A stretch of DNA of 64,000 nucleotides from Marsupella aquatica (GCA_973895155.1 OZ316891.1:31689112-31753111), one strand, 5' to 3'; counted from the first letter of the stretch, positions 1-12,526 are shown. The notes: generated by a model from the letters alone, not told the origin. Numbers and translations: made by a program.

Positions 1-867
1 AGAGTTTTGTGTGGTGTACTATAACATCGTCAAAAAACCCGGACACCCGTAGAAGGCGAGAGTCTTGTATGCTACCGGGCCATCCTGAAAAGACATCCAA
101 AAATCGAAGACGACTATCACAAATAGCTTGCATAGAAATGCTCTGACCATTCTTGTAATCATGGTAATCATTGGAATTTGTTCCAGGAGGTAGCTCCACT
201 TGAAAATGAGTGCTGTCTATTGCACCACAACAATTTGGTAATCCTTGTAGTTGGTGACATTCTTCTTTCACCCTTGCCATGGCTTCTCCTTGTAGCCAAC
301 TCAAATGTGTTCTCCTTGCTCGCATAATCAAAGCCCTAACAAATCGCCAAACAATATCCGATATGCATGGCACGGAAACCCCAAACATCTCTGAAAGCGT
401 CAACAACAAACAACCACTGGAAAATCGATGGAGGGCTATGACAACCTGACGCTCAACAGACAATGTTATATTTGTCAATTGCGAAGGCCAGGTGGGGGAT
501 GTGTGGTCATATCTTCTCTAACCAAGTCGCAAATATACATGAATGTTGTTGGTGACACTCGGAACAAATACTTGAAGCAAACAGGATCATGCTCAATCAC
601 ATGTGTCAAATACCATCCACTTCACTCTCTTGACCTCGGCTCAATGTAATTTCCAGAAATATGTGAATATTCTCTTCAAAGAGCTGATTGAATAGTTTGA
701 AAGAGTCGCAACAAGTTTGCAAATTGTGTACCATTGTCACCTGGCATCTGTCTTTGTGGCAAATCATAGTTGCCAAGAAGAGCGTACAGTTGTAGTTGTT
801 GCAAAATCAGTTGTTGCAAGGCAATAATTGTGGAGAATATTATCTCAAACTCGTTTGAAAGCGCCAT
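1..867 (-). pseudogene. PIF/Harbinger-type DDE nuclease (HARBI1/ALP1-like), degenerate, truncated by window edge
   Basis: Manual minus-strand translation (mostly absent from the ORF track): FKYLFRVSPTTFMYICDLVREDM...LSVERQVVIALHRFSSG...SEMFGVS...SDIVWRFVRAL...THLSW...LQGLPNCCGAIDSTH...SISMQAICDSRLRFLDVFSGWPGSIQDSRLL. These are the diagnostic Harbinger/ALP1 motifs. In-frame TGA stops near 676 and 622 and a frameshift near 470. Confidence 0.85.
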
Positions 868-1189
868 TGTGACAAAATAGTTTGAGCTGGAAAGGCCTGC
901 ACAATGAATGACATGTCTTTGACGTTGTCAATAGTGAAGAGAAAAATTGAGGGCAATAAGAAAGTGCAAGCAACTAACAAATTGTAGGCACATAAGTGAG
1001 GGAAGTGCTTGCCAAAAATCATCACTTATTTGTGAGTCCTTGACAGTGAAAAAAGCTTTGCAGTACACCTTCGTTTGCAAGGCCACATCTTGTACTATAC
1101 CTGGCTTTCGTATGGCCTACCTTCCGCTATACTACACCTACTATAATATTTCTTGGCCCTCTACTGCCCGAGTGAATTATGTAGTGTTT

Positions 1190-1249
1190 GGAGGAATGAG
1201 CCGGTAATGTTCGGAGGAATGAGCCGGTAATGTTCGGAGGAATGAGCCG
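1190..1249. repeat. 23-bp tandem repeat, ~2.6 copies (GGAGGAATGAGCCGGTAATGTTC)
   Basis: Units start at 1190, 1213 and 1236. Confidence 0.9.
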
Positions 1250-2282
1250 AGCACATAAGAAAAATGGCAATGCCCAGATTCGACATTCTGATTGTAAGAG
1301 CGACCACAACAAATCACGATACCTACCGTCTGTCTGATCAATGTTGTTCACGATTTCAATGTGTGGACGAGATTGAGATGCAACAGTAGTCACCGAATTG
1401 TAAGCACATTTCGCAGCGGAGCACATAAAATCAGTGGCAGCCCATTCTTCAGCAACGAACGCCCACCTCAAGAACGGGTGAGGGCAGGCATCAGCCGGAG
1501 GCCAGTGCGTCCATGTCAAGTAGAGGAGGAAGAGAGACTTGTGAGTGCAGAAGCGGAATGCAGGAGCGGAGCACAGAAGCGGAGTGCTGGACAACCGATT
1601 TGCTTTGTATTACATTCGGCTAACTTGTCGTGTAGCAAACTAGACTTTGCAGGGCTTCTTCACTTCGCAACGCCAATTTGCGCTTCACAATCAACGCAGC
1701 CTCAATCCCCTCTATTGCTCCCGGTAAACTAAGCGGCACATAACGACAGAGGTGGACACGAGCCCCTCAGCACATCCAACACGTAACACAGGGGAGGATC
1801 GAGTTGTTAAACCAAATCCCTGATTCTGTGTAAGTTTGGCTTTGTGAAAGGCCGCATTCTTGAGGGCCGATGTACATGCAAAACGGCCCTTAGTTGTGGC
1901 TATTCAGAATCCTGAGGACATCATCCTGCAGGCGGATCTCTTCTCTTACCTCACCTCAATTGGCTACACAACTGTTTTGAGAAAACTGTTGTACGACTGG
2001 GGGCAGTCAATCCCCAGCCCAATCGCAGTTTGGATTTGGAATAGCGCAGTTCGGCTCACTGAGCTGAATTCCAAGTGACAGATCAAGGTTTCTGCGAGAA
2101 AAATCGAGTGACATATCAAGTTAACAGTATCGCTTCTCAGGGTTCCTCCTCCTCACCACCAAGATCTCTACATGAATCCAAGGAGATCCCCGGTGGCTAT
2201 CCTGAATCTCGGGCTGTCTCAAGCTACAATGCCTGCAAAATTCATAATCTGCTAACAACTACTCGTCGTAGCTCATAGTTTA

Positions 2283-5200
2283 TTGTTGCTTAAGTTGCTT
2301 CTCGGGGAGCTGGTACCGAGCTGTGTGTAGCTGCATGCTGACGAATCCAGTGATCCCTGTTAGGTTCGCGTTACCACTTTTACACGGCCTCTCGCGATGT
2401 TCTTTGGAAAGAGAATTCCTGGCAAGGCCCTTGCTATGCTTGATGTTCGTCTGCGTTTCTACCCTAAATTGCTGGGCAGCAATACTTCTCAGCTCTTACT
2501 GCCCAAGGAAGCGGGACAGAATCTCTTTTTTAGCCCGGGACACTTTTTCGTCTCCCAATCCTGGTTCAAGTCCTGCTCAATTGCTCTCCTGCTCCCTGCA
2601 ATTATTTGCATTTGCCTGTTTTTTCAGACATGTCAAACTTTTAAACGAAATCTTCGTTTGTGAGCTTCTTTTATTGCCCATCACAATGTGAATCAATTTT
2701 GTTCACACTTGCTTCAACTTGTTGCTCTGAAAGAATTGTCAAGCCTGCCCAATTTGCTACTTACACAGTTTTGCATATCATTTGCTCACAAGTTCGTGTT
2801 TGAAGAAATGTCGTCAATTTTGTGTTGGTATGCAGGACAATTCTTGGAGGGCGATAAACAGCAGCACTTATGCCAAAGTTTTTCAGAGGGCAATGTGCAG
2901 GTATGACGGTCGTTGCTTTGGGATTTGAAATGAAGAAATTCTCATACTGTCCTCTCAAAAGTTGCAGTTTTGATTCTCAAGTTTGGATGACAAAGCTGGG
3001 ATGATTTTTCAAAGAGTACAGCAATTCTTATTTCTTAATGCAGGAGGAAGTGATCCTAGAGAAGATATTCCTACTGCCATGCTTCTAGAGCCGGGCTACA
3101 ACAGAGCCTTCGCCTCGTGAATATTGTTTCCTTAGTACGAGGGGAAGGAAAGATGAGACTTGAAATTTGAGGGCTCCGCAAGAATGCCTACTTAGACTGA
3201 TTTGAACGTTTGTCGAACAGGTAAGATCATATTTCTCACAACTGTACCATTAAGCTCTCTATTCCCAGCACGGGAACGGAGCTATTTCGATGGAAATTTT
3301 GGATATGGACCGCTTTAGGCAACACTCCACAGCCAGGTATGATTACTTTTGTATGCATGTCATTTTGTTCGATTATGATGTGAACAAACTACCTGAATAC
3401 ATTCTCAACAAGGACGTGTGATTTGCAGAGTTCATCCTACATCTTCCGGTGTGATTGGTATTGGCATCAGCCATTGTTCTTGTACAAGGCCTTCAGGTAA
3501 TGACACTGAAGAGCGATTTCAACGTTATGCGTACCTACTTTTAAACAAAAACTCTTGTTCCAGCACCACGGTATGACCATAATTGCGTGAATTTCCTGCT
3601 ATGACGTTTCTGTGCTGAAGACTTGACTCGAACTTCAAGTTTGATTCTCTTTTATCTCCACAGAAGTACAGGGAAGGTTGTGTGTGTGTGTGTGTCACAT
3701 GCTTGTCATCTGTGTCAAATCACAATGGATTCTCTAGAGCCAATCTACATATGCTGGCTAGACTTTATTTCTGAATTATAGTCTCTTTTCAAAAAAAAAC
3801 CTGAGATTCTGGTTCGTGTATAGCATAGAAAGGGCAATGTCTGGAACTTACAAATGAACGCCTCTCAAGGTGCCTTAAGAGTCTATTCTATACACAGCTC
3901 CAGGAGAACATGCGACTGCTGGCTGAAGCTTTCTAGTGCCAATAGGCTCTTGACTATGTAATCTATGGTTAGCTTGATACTTGAGCTACCGTGATATGCC
4001 TTTCACAATTATTTTAGTTTTGATTTCTAAGATCATTGCATTCTTGACAGATAACTGTTACTCTCAGTTGAAAAGGAGTCATATAATTTTTGCAAGTTAT
4101 CCGTACCAAAGATCACAGCAGAGCAAGGGAGACAAGAACATACATCTTTCGACGGAGGTAGGACTGCACCCTAGAACTCGAGAGACCTACCGGTTTGCTA
4201 TCTATTTTCGAACATTCATTTTAGAAAAATTATTGGGAAACATAGTCCTCAAGAATCAAGTACAAATTCTTTGCACCTCGTGGAATCTCCTGGATTTTAT
4301 CCTGGTACCAGACCTGATCGTGGGTTGTGGTGCCGACAGAGGAAGCCCAGAGCATCTCAGTTCAATCATCAGACGACAAGGAAAGCACTGGTGGATGGAT
4401 GGTCAACTCTAGCATGGGTGAAGGCAGGGACGAATTTCATTACTCACTGCAGATTTCAATCTCATCTTAGTTATTGCACGAGAGATCGGTCTCAAGTCGC
4501 TGCAAAAGGGAATGGCTGTAGGCATATGCATGATGCTGGTACGACGAGGGAAACAATCGCTGTTTTGAAAGATCGCCTACAGCGAGGGATTACTATAGAC
4601 TCGTACACATATGTTAAAGTTCTGCAAATGTGCTTGCAACAGAAAGACCTTTTAGCAGCCAAGCAAATTCATGATTGCATCATCGACAGTGGAATTCATA
4701 AAAATCCATATGTGGCAATCACGCTCTTGAATGTGTATATCAAATGCGGAGGATTGCTAGATGCACGTCGAGTTTTTGATCTACTTGAAAAGAAGAGTGT
4801 TATTACTTGGAACGCGATGATAGCAGGATATGCTAGGAGTGATGATACTGAATCTGCAATGGAACTTGTCAAATTAATGGGCCAAGATGGTGCGCGGCCT
4901 AATGAGATCACATATCTGAGCATCCTGAAAGGATGTGCCAGCCCAATAGCTCTCATATGCGGAAAAGAAATTCATGAGCGTATTCGACATGCCGGCTTTG
5001 AATCAGACGTGCGCGTAGGTACTGCTCTCCTACTGATGTATGCAAAATGTGGGTGCATCACCGAGGCAAGGATAGTTTTTGAAAAATTGACCAATCGAAA
5101 TGTCGTTACATGGAATGTCATGATTGGAGCATATGCGCAACGTGGTAATGGTGTGGAAGCATATCGACTGTTTCTCCAAATGAGACGTGAAGGCTTTGAA

Positions 5201-7255
5201 CCAGATGTATTCACTTATGCGAGTATTCTCAATGCATCTGCAAGCGAAGAGCCTTTGGGGTGGGTGAAGGAAGTTCATGAGCATGCTCGGAAGGCGGGAC
5301 TGGAGTCCGGTTTGCGTGTGGGCAGTGCACTCATTCACATGTATGCAGAGAGTGGCAGTCTAGATGACGCCCGGCTGGTTTTTGACAAAATGGAGAAACG
5401 CGATGTAGTCACATGGAATGTAATGATCCGTGGACTTGCACAACATGGATGTGGGCATGAAGCTTATCGACTATTTCTCGAAATGAGACGTGAAGGCTTC
5501 GAACCAAATGCAATCACTTATGTGAGCATCCTGAATGCATCTGCAAGTGAGGGAGCTTTAGAATGGGTGCAGGAAGTCCATGGCCATGCTAGCAAAGCTA
5601 GACTGGAGTCAGATTTGCATGTGGGCAGTGCACTGGTTCACATGTATGCAAAGAGTGGCAGTATAGATGACGCCCGACTTGTTTTTGAGAGAATGGGGAA
5701 ACGCGATGTAGTCACATGGAATGTGATGATCGGTGCACTTGCACAACATGGATGTGGGGATGAAGCAAATAGACTGTTTCTGCAAATGAGACGTGAAGGC
5801 TTCGAACCAAATGCGTTTACTTATGCTAGTATTCTCAATGCATCTGCAAGTGAGGGGGCTTTGGAATGGGTGAAGGAAGTTCATGGTCATGCCAGGCAAG
5901 CGGGACTGGAGTCAGATTTGCGTGTGGGCAGTGCTCTGGTTCACATGTATGCACAGAGTGGCAGTATAGATGACGCCGGACTGGTTTTCGACAGAATGGG
6001 GGAACGCGATATAGTCACATGGAATGTAATGATCGGTGCATTTGCACAACATGGATATGGGTATGAAGCATATCGACTGTTTCTCCAAATGAGACGTGAA
6101 GGCTTCGAACCAAATGCAATCACTTATGTGAGCATCCTGAATGCATCTGCAAGTGCGGGGTCTTTGGAGTGGGTGAAGGAGGTTCATGGGCATGCTAGCA
6201 GTGCAGGACTGGAGTCAGATTTGCGTGTAGGCAATGCACTGATTCACATGTATGCAGAGAGTGGCAGTATCGATGATGCCCGACTCGTTTTTGACAGAAT
6301 GGGGAAACGTGATGTAGTCACATGGACTGTAATGATCGGTGGACTTGCACAACATGGATGCCGTAATGAAGCCCTGGACCACTTCAGAAAAATGACCGAA
6401 GACGGTGTGAAGCCCAACGTGTATTCATTCGTGGCAGTGTTGTCAGCCTGTTGTCACGGAGGCCTTGTTGATGACGGCCGTAGAGTCTTTTCAGCCATGA
6501 CGCAGGATTATGGGATCGAGCCTGACATTGTGCATTTTAACTGCATGGTGGATCTTCTCGGGCGGGCTGGACTCTTGGAGGAAGCAGAGCGCTTCATTAG
6601 TGACATGCCAATTGAACCGAATACAGTCACTTGGACAGCCTTGCTTGGGGCTTGTAGAACTTACGGTAATGTGGAGTTGGGCGAACTTGCTGCTCAGGAA
6701 CTTTTCAAGTTGGAACCCAATAATGCCTCCGCATACGTGCTCCTCTCCAACATCTACGCTGCAGCTGGTAAGCGTCAGATGAAGTCATTGGTGCGCACCA
6801 TGATGCAAGACAGAGGTATTCGGAAGGAGCCAGGGCGGAGCTGGATTGAAGTTGATAAGAAGATCCATAAATTTGTTGTAGGGGATAGATCGCACCCAGA
6901 AGCGAGGGCAATATATGCGGAGCTCGGTAAATTGACTGAGAAATTGAAGGCTGAAGGCTACATTCCGGATACCCGACTTGTGTTGCATGACATCAATGAG
7001 AAGGATAAAGAAGTAGTTCTTTGCTCTCATAGTGAGAAGTTGGCTATTGCTTACGGACTTATGCACATACCCCGGGGAAAACCAATTCGTGTATGGAAGA
7101 ACCTTCGGGTGTGTTCGGATTGCCATACCGCAACCAAGTTTATCTCTAAGGTGACTGGACGCGAGATCATAGCCAGGGATGCCAATCGCTTTCACCATTT
7201 TAAAGATGGCAGATGCTCTTGTGGCGATTACTGGTGACCTGACTGAAAGTTGTGT
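2283..7255 (+). repeat. Arm 1 of inverted segmental duplication (PPR gene plus ~2 kb upstream)
   Basis: 2321-2420 matches the reverse complement of 22441-22572. Homology continues through 2900, 3220, 3430 and 4100-4500 and the whole CDS to just past the stop codon. Confidence 0.9.
4271..7237 (+). CDS. PLS-class pentatricopeptide repeat protein with E1/E2/DYW domain (putative organellar C-to-U RNA editing factor)
   Basis: 988-aa uninterrupted ORF: L-S + 5x(P-L-S) + P2-L2-S2, then E1/E2, PG box KEPGRSWIE, HSEKLA (catalytic HxE), CSDCH and C-terminal DYW. The start is uncertain: the track starts at TTG and the first in-frame ATG is at ~4526. Confidence 0.95.
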   Translation: MHLVESPGFYPGTRPDRGLWCRQRKPRASQFNHQTTRKALVDGWSTLAWVKAGTNFITHCRFQSHLSYCTRDRSQVAAKGNGCRHMHDAGTTRETIAVLKDRLQRGITIDSYTYVKVLQMCLQQKDLLAAKQIHDCIIDSGIHKNPYVAITLLNVYIKCGGLLDARRVFDLLEKKSVITWNAMIAGYARSDDTESAMELVKLMGQDGARPNEITYLSILKGCASPIALICGKEIHERIRHAGFESDVRVGTALLLMYAKCGCITEARIVFEKLTNRNVVTWNVMIGAYAQRGNGVEAYRLFLQMRREGFEPDVFTYASILNASASEEPLGWVKEVHEHARKAGLESGLRVGSALIHMYAESGSLDDARLVFDKMEKRDVVTWNVMIRGLAQHGCGHEAYRLFLEMRREGFEPNAITYVSILNASASEGALEWVQEVHGHASKARLESDLHVGSALVHMYAKSGSIDDARLVFERMGKRDVVTWNVMIGALAQHGCGDEANRLFLQMRREGFEPNAFTYASILNASASEGALEWVKEVHGHARQAGLESDLRVGSALVHMYAQSGSIDDAGLVFDRMGERDIVTWNVMIGAFAQHGYGYEAYRLFLQMRREGFEPNAITYVSILNASASAGSLEWVKEVHGHASSAGLESDLRVGNALIHMYAESGSIDDARLVFDRMGKRDVVTWTVMIGGLAQHGCRNEALDHFRKMTEDGVKPNVYSFVAVLSACCHGGLVDDGRRVFSAMTQDYGIEPDIVHFNCMVDLLGRAGLLEEAERFISDMPIEPNTVTWTALLGACRTYGNVELGELAAQELFKLEPNNASAYVLLSNIYAAAGKRQMKSLVRTMMQDRGIRKEPGRSWIEVDKKIHKFVVGDRSHPEARAIYAELGKLTEKLKAEGYIPDTRLVLHDINEKDKEVVLCSHSEKLAIAYGLMHIPRGKPIRVWKNLRVCSDCHTATKFISKVTGREIIARDANRFHHFKDGRCSCGDYW

Positions 7256-7534
7256 TGAAAGTTACTAGAAAGCAAATAGAGAACAATTTCAAGCACACGT
7301 ATTCTGTCAGTTTTGCGAAGTTTCTGAAGTGGAGATGGGAGAGGGGATACATGGACGAGAGAGCTGGCCCCTTTTGGCTACTGTCTAGTGCTAAACCCTA
7401 GGGGCTGTATTCCATTAGTCCTCCTTCCAGGCCAACCCCTTTTGTTACCCACTCCAGATTGTTGGAGTAAAATTGCGACGTTTGTGGTTTCAAGGGTCAC
7501 CCTGGAACATATGGCCAGACGGGAAGGCAGCCAG

Positions 7535-7660
7535 TACCTTCCAGTTCGCAGTTTCGACCCCCGTCCGATCTGGAGGATCGGTTTCAGAGAACCTTTCAGT
7601 TTGCAGTTCCGACCCCCCTCCGATCAGTAGGATCGGCTTCAGAGAACCTTTCACCTGCAG
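7535..7660. repeat. ~55-bp imperfect tandem repeat, ~2 copies
   Basis: GGATCGG(T/C)TTCAGAGAACCTTTCA at ~7575 and ~7630; CAGTT(C/T)GCAGTT(T/C)CGACCCCC(G/C)TCCGATC also occurs twice. Confidence 0.75.
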
Positions 7661-8698
7661 TCGCCCGTTTTGTGATTGAACACGTTGCGCTAGTGTTGCT
7701 TTGGCCTATGAATGTCCCTTCCAATAAACTTTCTCATCTCGGACCCTGAGTTCTCATCTCATCCCAATCACACCCAGGAAATTGCTCAGTTAATTGCACA
7801 GATTCAAGTATGGCATGGCTGGAAGTAAATTTCTTGATCATGGATGTCACTTGCAGAGATTGTGCTCTTTTTGGATGGAGTCTTGGTTGCAAGCTTGTAA
7901 TTTCATTTTCTGTAACACTCGTGATTGGCAAGGCGTATTTGAGTTTTGGTCGTTCTCTGTTGGTTGTCCTGAGCAGCTCCCAGCAAATCAGCTTGTATTG
8001 AATGTTAGGCGCGCAAATCAACAAACGAAGTGCAATGTGCTTAACATTTTGTAAGAGCTTATTGGAAGCGATTCTGTCAATGCGATCGCTTTCACCGGGG
8101 ATTTGGCTTGGGATTGAATCATTTTTTATGATCCTACGGTGAATGAATAGAAATTGTGATGATCATAGAACATGATGAAAGAGTTGTGAAGTTCTGTATC
8201 CCCCACATCATTCTTGATTCAGCGAGAAACAATTTTTGAAGGTACTTCACAGACCCTCCAACCTCCAGTCCGATTATAGATTCATAAGTGACTCTGGATA
8301 CTCACCTTTGCACCGTACTTTATTTCCCTATTGCCCTTCCCATGCCAGATTTCTCGGATATTAACTATTATGTGGCTTTCCTCAACCTCTTTTTCTTTCG
8401 TAGATCCTTTTATTCCATTTTTCTCCCGGGACAGCAATGGAGCCATAAAATAATGGTTTATCATAGAATTTGATTTGCATTTACTTATAGAATGATGGTG
8501 GCATCACTTGCAAACTGACCAACTTCCTAGGCCATGAGCAGCGAATTTTCTTCACCAATTCCTGGGTAGTCAGCACACCTCACCAAAACTTTGTTACACC
8601 AACTCTTGCCAGCTAGTCCCAATCTGTTAGGAACAACAGGCCAATTGGGTTCTATAAGTTGCTTAAGAGAAGCCTTGGCCTTGGTGAGAATCGGTTGT

Positions 8699-8860
8699 TG
8701 GAATGCTCTACTTGGCAACGGAAGTGGACAGGGAAAAATTGGGGATAGAAGTTCCCCAACCATGTCTGGGTCAGCTGATGGAATGCTCTACTTGGGAACG
8801 GAAGTGGACGGGGAAAAATTGGGGATAGAAGTTCCCCAACCATGTCTGGGTCAGCTGCTG
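8699..8860. repeat. 80-bp tandem duplication, 2 copies
   Basis: TGGAATGCTCTACTTGG...AGTTCCCCAACCATGTCTGGGTCAGCTG starts at 8699 and 8779 with very few mismatches. Confidence 0.9.
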
Positions 8861-9359
8861 ACTACCAAGGACACAAGACGTTACAAATCTGAACCGGAGA
8901 TGGGGGACAACTGAGCACAAAGGAGATCTGGGCAACCAAGTGGAAGAAAATGTGGGGGGGATGGTCCCTCCCCAAGGTGAGGTTCTTTCTATGGCGCTTA
9001 CTTAATCATGGTTTTTCATCAACAGTAGGGGGGGCGGGGCATTGGAAGGTATGTGATGGAATCTGCTCTAGATGCAAAGGTAGCTTTGAACACACTCAAA
9101 CATGTTCTTAAGTTGCAGCAAAGTGAATAGAAGGTGGCAGGAAGTGCAAAAAAAATCCCGAACGATGAAAACTTTGATTCCTTTGTACCACAGATACCGA
9201 TCAGTGATTTCTATGCACCAATAGAAAGCCCTTGCATAGATCTATTTGCAGGAGCGGACTTCAAATTTACACCAAAGAGAGTAACAACGGTGGTTGAATT
9301 GAAGCAATGGGGGGGTCACTTCCGCGGAAGTCCCACATCACGTGCGACAAAGTATAGGG

Positions 9360-12298
9360 TCATTTAATTGGAACCGGGATTGGTCTCGGGATTGGAGTTA
9401 CTTCCTCCAATTGCGGGATGGACGGATCCCAGGAGACTCGTTTCTTATGTCTCGGTCTCGGGTTTTTGGCCTCGGCCGGTTGTTTGGCTGGTTCGTGGTC
9501 ATGAGGCTCTGCACTGGTAGAAGCAACATCGGCTCCTTGCTTAGCTGGAGCCGGGTCCTCCGTATCGATGAGTCGTTTTTGCGTTTCCTCATCCCGGGCA
9601 GTAGAGGTGCTTGGGGTGGGCTCAATAGCAGCCTTTGGGTAATTCAGGAGATGTGTTTCGCGGGTTGCCTCAACTCCGAAGACATCTTCCTCGGACAGGG
9701 ACGAGATGAGTTCAATCATGTTGAGTTCCTCTTCCTCCGAGGTCTCCGAATCATATTCCTCGGGTCCCTGTGGGGTTTCGCCCTGATAATCGTCCATTGC
9801 CCATGATACCCGTACTGTGGGTGTCCCAAACCGTAGCTCCTTCTTTCCCCAATCCGTGACCACACGGCCACCGTACAGCCACGGCCTGCCTAGGAGGACC
9901 GGATAAGAGGAGGGCCGAACCGGCCTCATGACTAGGAAGTTGAGATAGAACTCCACCCCTCCTACCAGAGTGAGTACCCGTGTAAGCGTGCCCAATGGAA
10001 GTACCCTTGCCCCGTTTGCTAATCTGATAGCTTGGGCTGTGGGTTGATATGTGAGGTATCCTAACTTGACTGACGTTTCTTCAGTCATGATGTTGACTCC
10101 CGCTCCTCCGTCTACGAGAACCATCTTGATGGTACAATTATTAATTTCAATCGAGATGTCCGGCGCTCCCAGGTCCTCGCATATCATGTTGCAATCCGCG
10201 GTCCCAACTCGGGGTAGTCATCTCCGTCGTCGACCCGTAAGCAACTCCCTCAGTTGCCGTCTGTACTGTGGATTTTTTTGCAGCAGTTGTCCTACCGTTG
10301 CTGTAATTGGGCAACTCTTCATGTCTTCCTTAATATCATAGTCCTCCTTCTTTTCTTCCTTCGGCTGTTGCTTGGCTTCCTCTTGCTTATCTTGCTTTTC
10401 TTGCTCCTGTCGCCGGGCGGTCTCGGCTGCTTTGATGTCTTTATCGATTACCTTCTGGTACTCCCGAGCTTCGTAGGCCTCCAGTTGTTTCTTTACCAAT
10501 TCTTCGATGCGGGGGAAAAATAGCTTTGGGTCGTCCCGTCGGTAGTCATCATCCTTCTCCGGGGGTATATCTATCGCTGGCTGCACCGGAGTAGTATCTT
10601 GCTTTTTCCTGCGTTTCTCCTCCTACTTTTCTTCCTTCCGTTCGGCTCTTGTTGACACACGATAGCACTCAGCCTCGTCAAATGGATTAGGATGTTTCTC
10701 CACGTCCACCAGATTCACCCACTCGGTGTTGTCATCTTGCCATTCCACCGCAATCATTTGGATGGCCGCATCACTCGTGGCCGGTCCGCCCTGGGCTGGT
10801 CTTGCTGCATTTGTTCAAGCGGCCATTACCAATGGATAGTTGGCCGTGGAATGAGCTTCCGATTTGCAGACTTGACAAAGTGGCGTGCCACGGCCATCCC
10901 CCTGGCGTCTTGGTTCTGTGCATTCCCTCGCAAAATGGCCTGGCTTCTCACAGTTGTAACAAACCGGGGATCGCCAAATCCCTGGTTTAGGAGGAATGCT
11001 AGGGTTACTGATAACTTGGAAGCCTCGGCCATTGTTTGGGTAGGGGTATGCAGTTCTACCTGCTAAGTTACGCGGACCCACCGTTGAAATCTGATACACC
11101 GAATCAAGAGGGTCTTCAAAGAAATACTCCGTGGACTCCGCTTCAGGTCCCGGGTTGTCGACATCATCTAAGTCCACCTGGTGAACTCGGTTCTTCCATC
11201 TTGGGCATTCTTGCATGACATGCCCGGATTGGAAGCACTTTGAACACCATGCATGGGCTCGAATCTCAGATGGCTTCTTCTTCTCCACCGGCTTTTTTGC
11301 GAGATGTACTGACAGTGCTTTGAGGTAATCCGTGATTTTGTTAAGCTTGTCTGCTTTGGCAGCCTTTGGATCGGGTATCGTTCTGTGAGTACGAGATTTG
11401 ATTTTCCCCTCCTTCTTAACCCGCCTTTTCTTCTTCTTGCTCCGGCTCTCACTCTCCGAATCACTTCCTGATGAGCTGGAGGTGGAGGACCCGCTGTTCG
11501 AAGTTGAATCCAAACTAGATTCAGTCTCCAAACTGGACGAGGTCGAATGATGTTTCTTCTTCTTCTTGCATTTCTTCTTCTTGCATTTCTTCTTCTTCTT
11601 GTCGTCTGATTCGGAGTCACTGTCACTGTCACTGAAGGTCTCGTACTTGCCCTTCTTGCGGCGTGCCCGTTGGCTTCGCCAGGAGTTATAGGTGGACTCC
11701 CGGTAGGTTTTGGCGCACACTATGGCTGCTTGCATTGAAATTGGATTATTCTGGCGCACCCATAATTGCATATTCGTGGGCAAACCATGGAGGAACCATG
11801 TAAGCTGGAGTGTGTCACCACGCCTGGGCCGTATTTTGGCAGCAAGTTTATGAAACTTCTGAATGAACTTTCGCAGGGACTCCTTTTTCCCATGCAAAGC
11901 TGGCCGATCTTTAATAGAGAGCGCTGCTTGGATCCAATAGCACAAAATTCTTGCAACAACGCAGCTTGGAATTGTGCCCAGGTAGTCCCGGGTGGTAGCG
12001 AGTTGTACCATGGACGAGCTTCTCCCCGCATCACTCCGAGGAGGACGGTTAACTTAATGGCATCTTCCCCGTTAGCCTTAGCAGTGGCTTCAAACTCATC
12101 CAACCATTCATCCGGATCATCCCCATGACGCCCTTTGAAAGGTCGATAATGAAACCACGATCGTTGCGATATTTGTGGAGGAGCTTGGGCAGCGACGGCC
12201 ATCGGTGGGGCGGCTGCCATAGGTGGTGGCGGTGGTGGCACAGGAACCGCAGTAGGACCGGTCGAACCGGACCCCAAAGGTCCCGGTGGTATGTTCAT
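9360..12298 (-). pseudogene. gag-protease of family B gypsy element (frameshifts/stops)
   Basis: ORF pieces 11720-12298 (retrotransposon gag core), 10815-12011 (Ser/Lys-rich tract plus CSKCFQSGHVMQEC and CYNCEKPGHFAREC), 10218-10586, and 9360-10187 (aspartyl protease DGGAG, YPVLLGRPWL). Confidence 0.85.
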
Positions 12299-12507
12299 TC
12301 ATCGGGGCGATTGCGAGTGCTCCGAGCCCGAAGAATCGGAGCTTGTTGTGGTCGCACCTTCTCATTCGCTGGTCAATCTCCTCAAGTAAGCTGCTTGAGA
12401 ACGAGTGACGGGCATTTACTCGTGTAAATGCGATGGTTAGTACTAGGGCCTGGTGTATTCTGCACAGGCGAATACGCACATGTCTCCCCACTACGATATG
12501 TAGAGTG

Positions 12508-12526
12508 CCCCCTCCATCTAGCACCA
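12508..12526 (-). other. Primer-binding site, complementary to the 3' end of plant tRNA-Asn(GUU)
   Basis: Minus strand reads TGGTGCTAGATGGAGGGGG. Plant tRNA-Asn ends ...CCCTCCTTCTAGCGCCA (recalled, not looked up). Probable LTR boundary TGTCACG at 12540. Confidence 0.7.

Noticed and set aside
1190-1249. Short direct repeats as a CRISPR-like array (also 8699-8860 and 43895-44260)
   Set aside because: Head-to-tail repeats without unique spacers, in eukaryotic context with no cas genes.
3981-4412. 143-aa ORF upstream of the PPR gene with a counterpart at 20748-20978
   Set aside because: Similarity follows from the DNA duplication. The frame is not preserved in full and it starts at TTG.
12508-12526. 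tRNA gene at the tRNA-like 3' sequences (also 53604-53622)
   Set aside because: Only the 3' ~18 nt including CCA are present, next to LTR ends. These are primer-binding sites.
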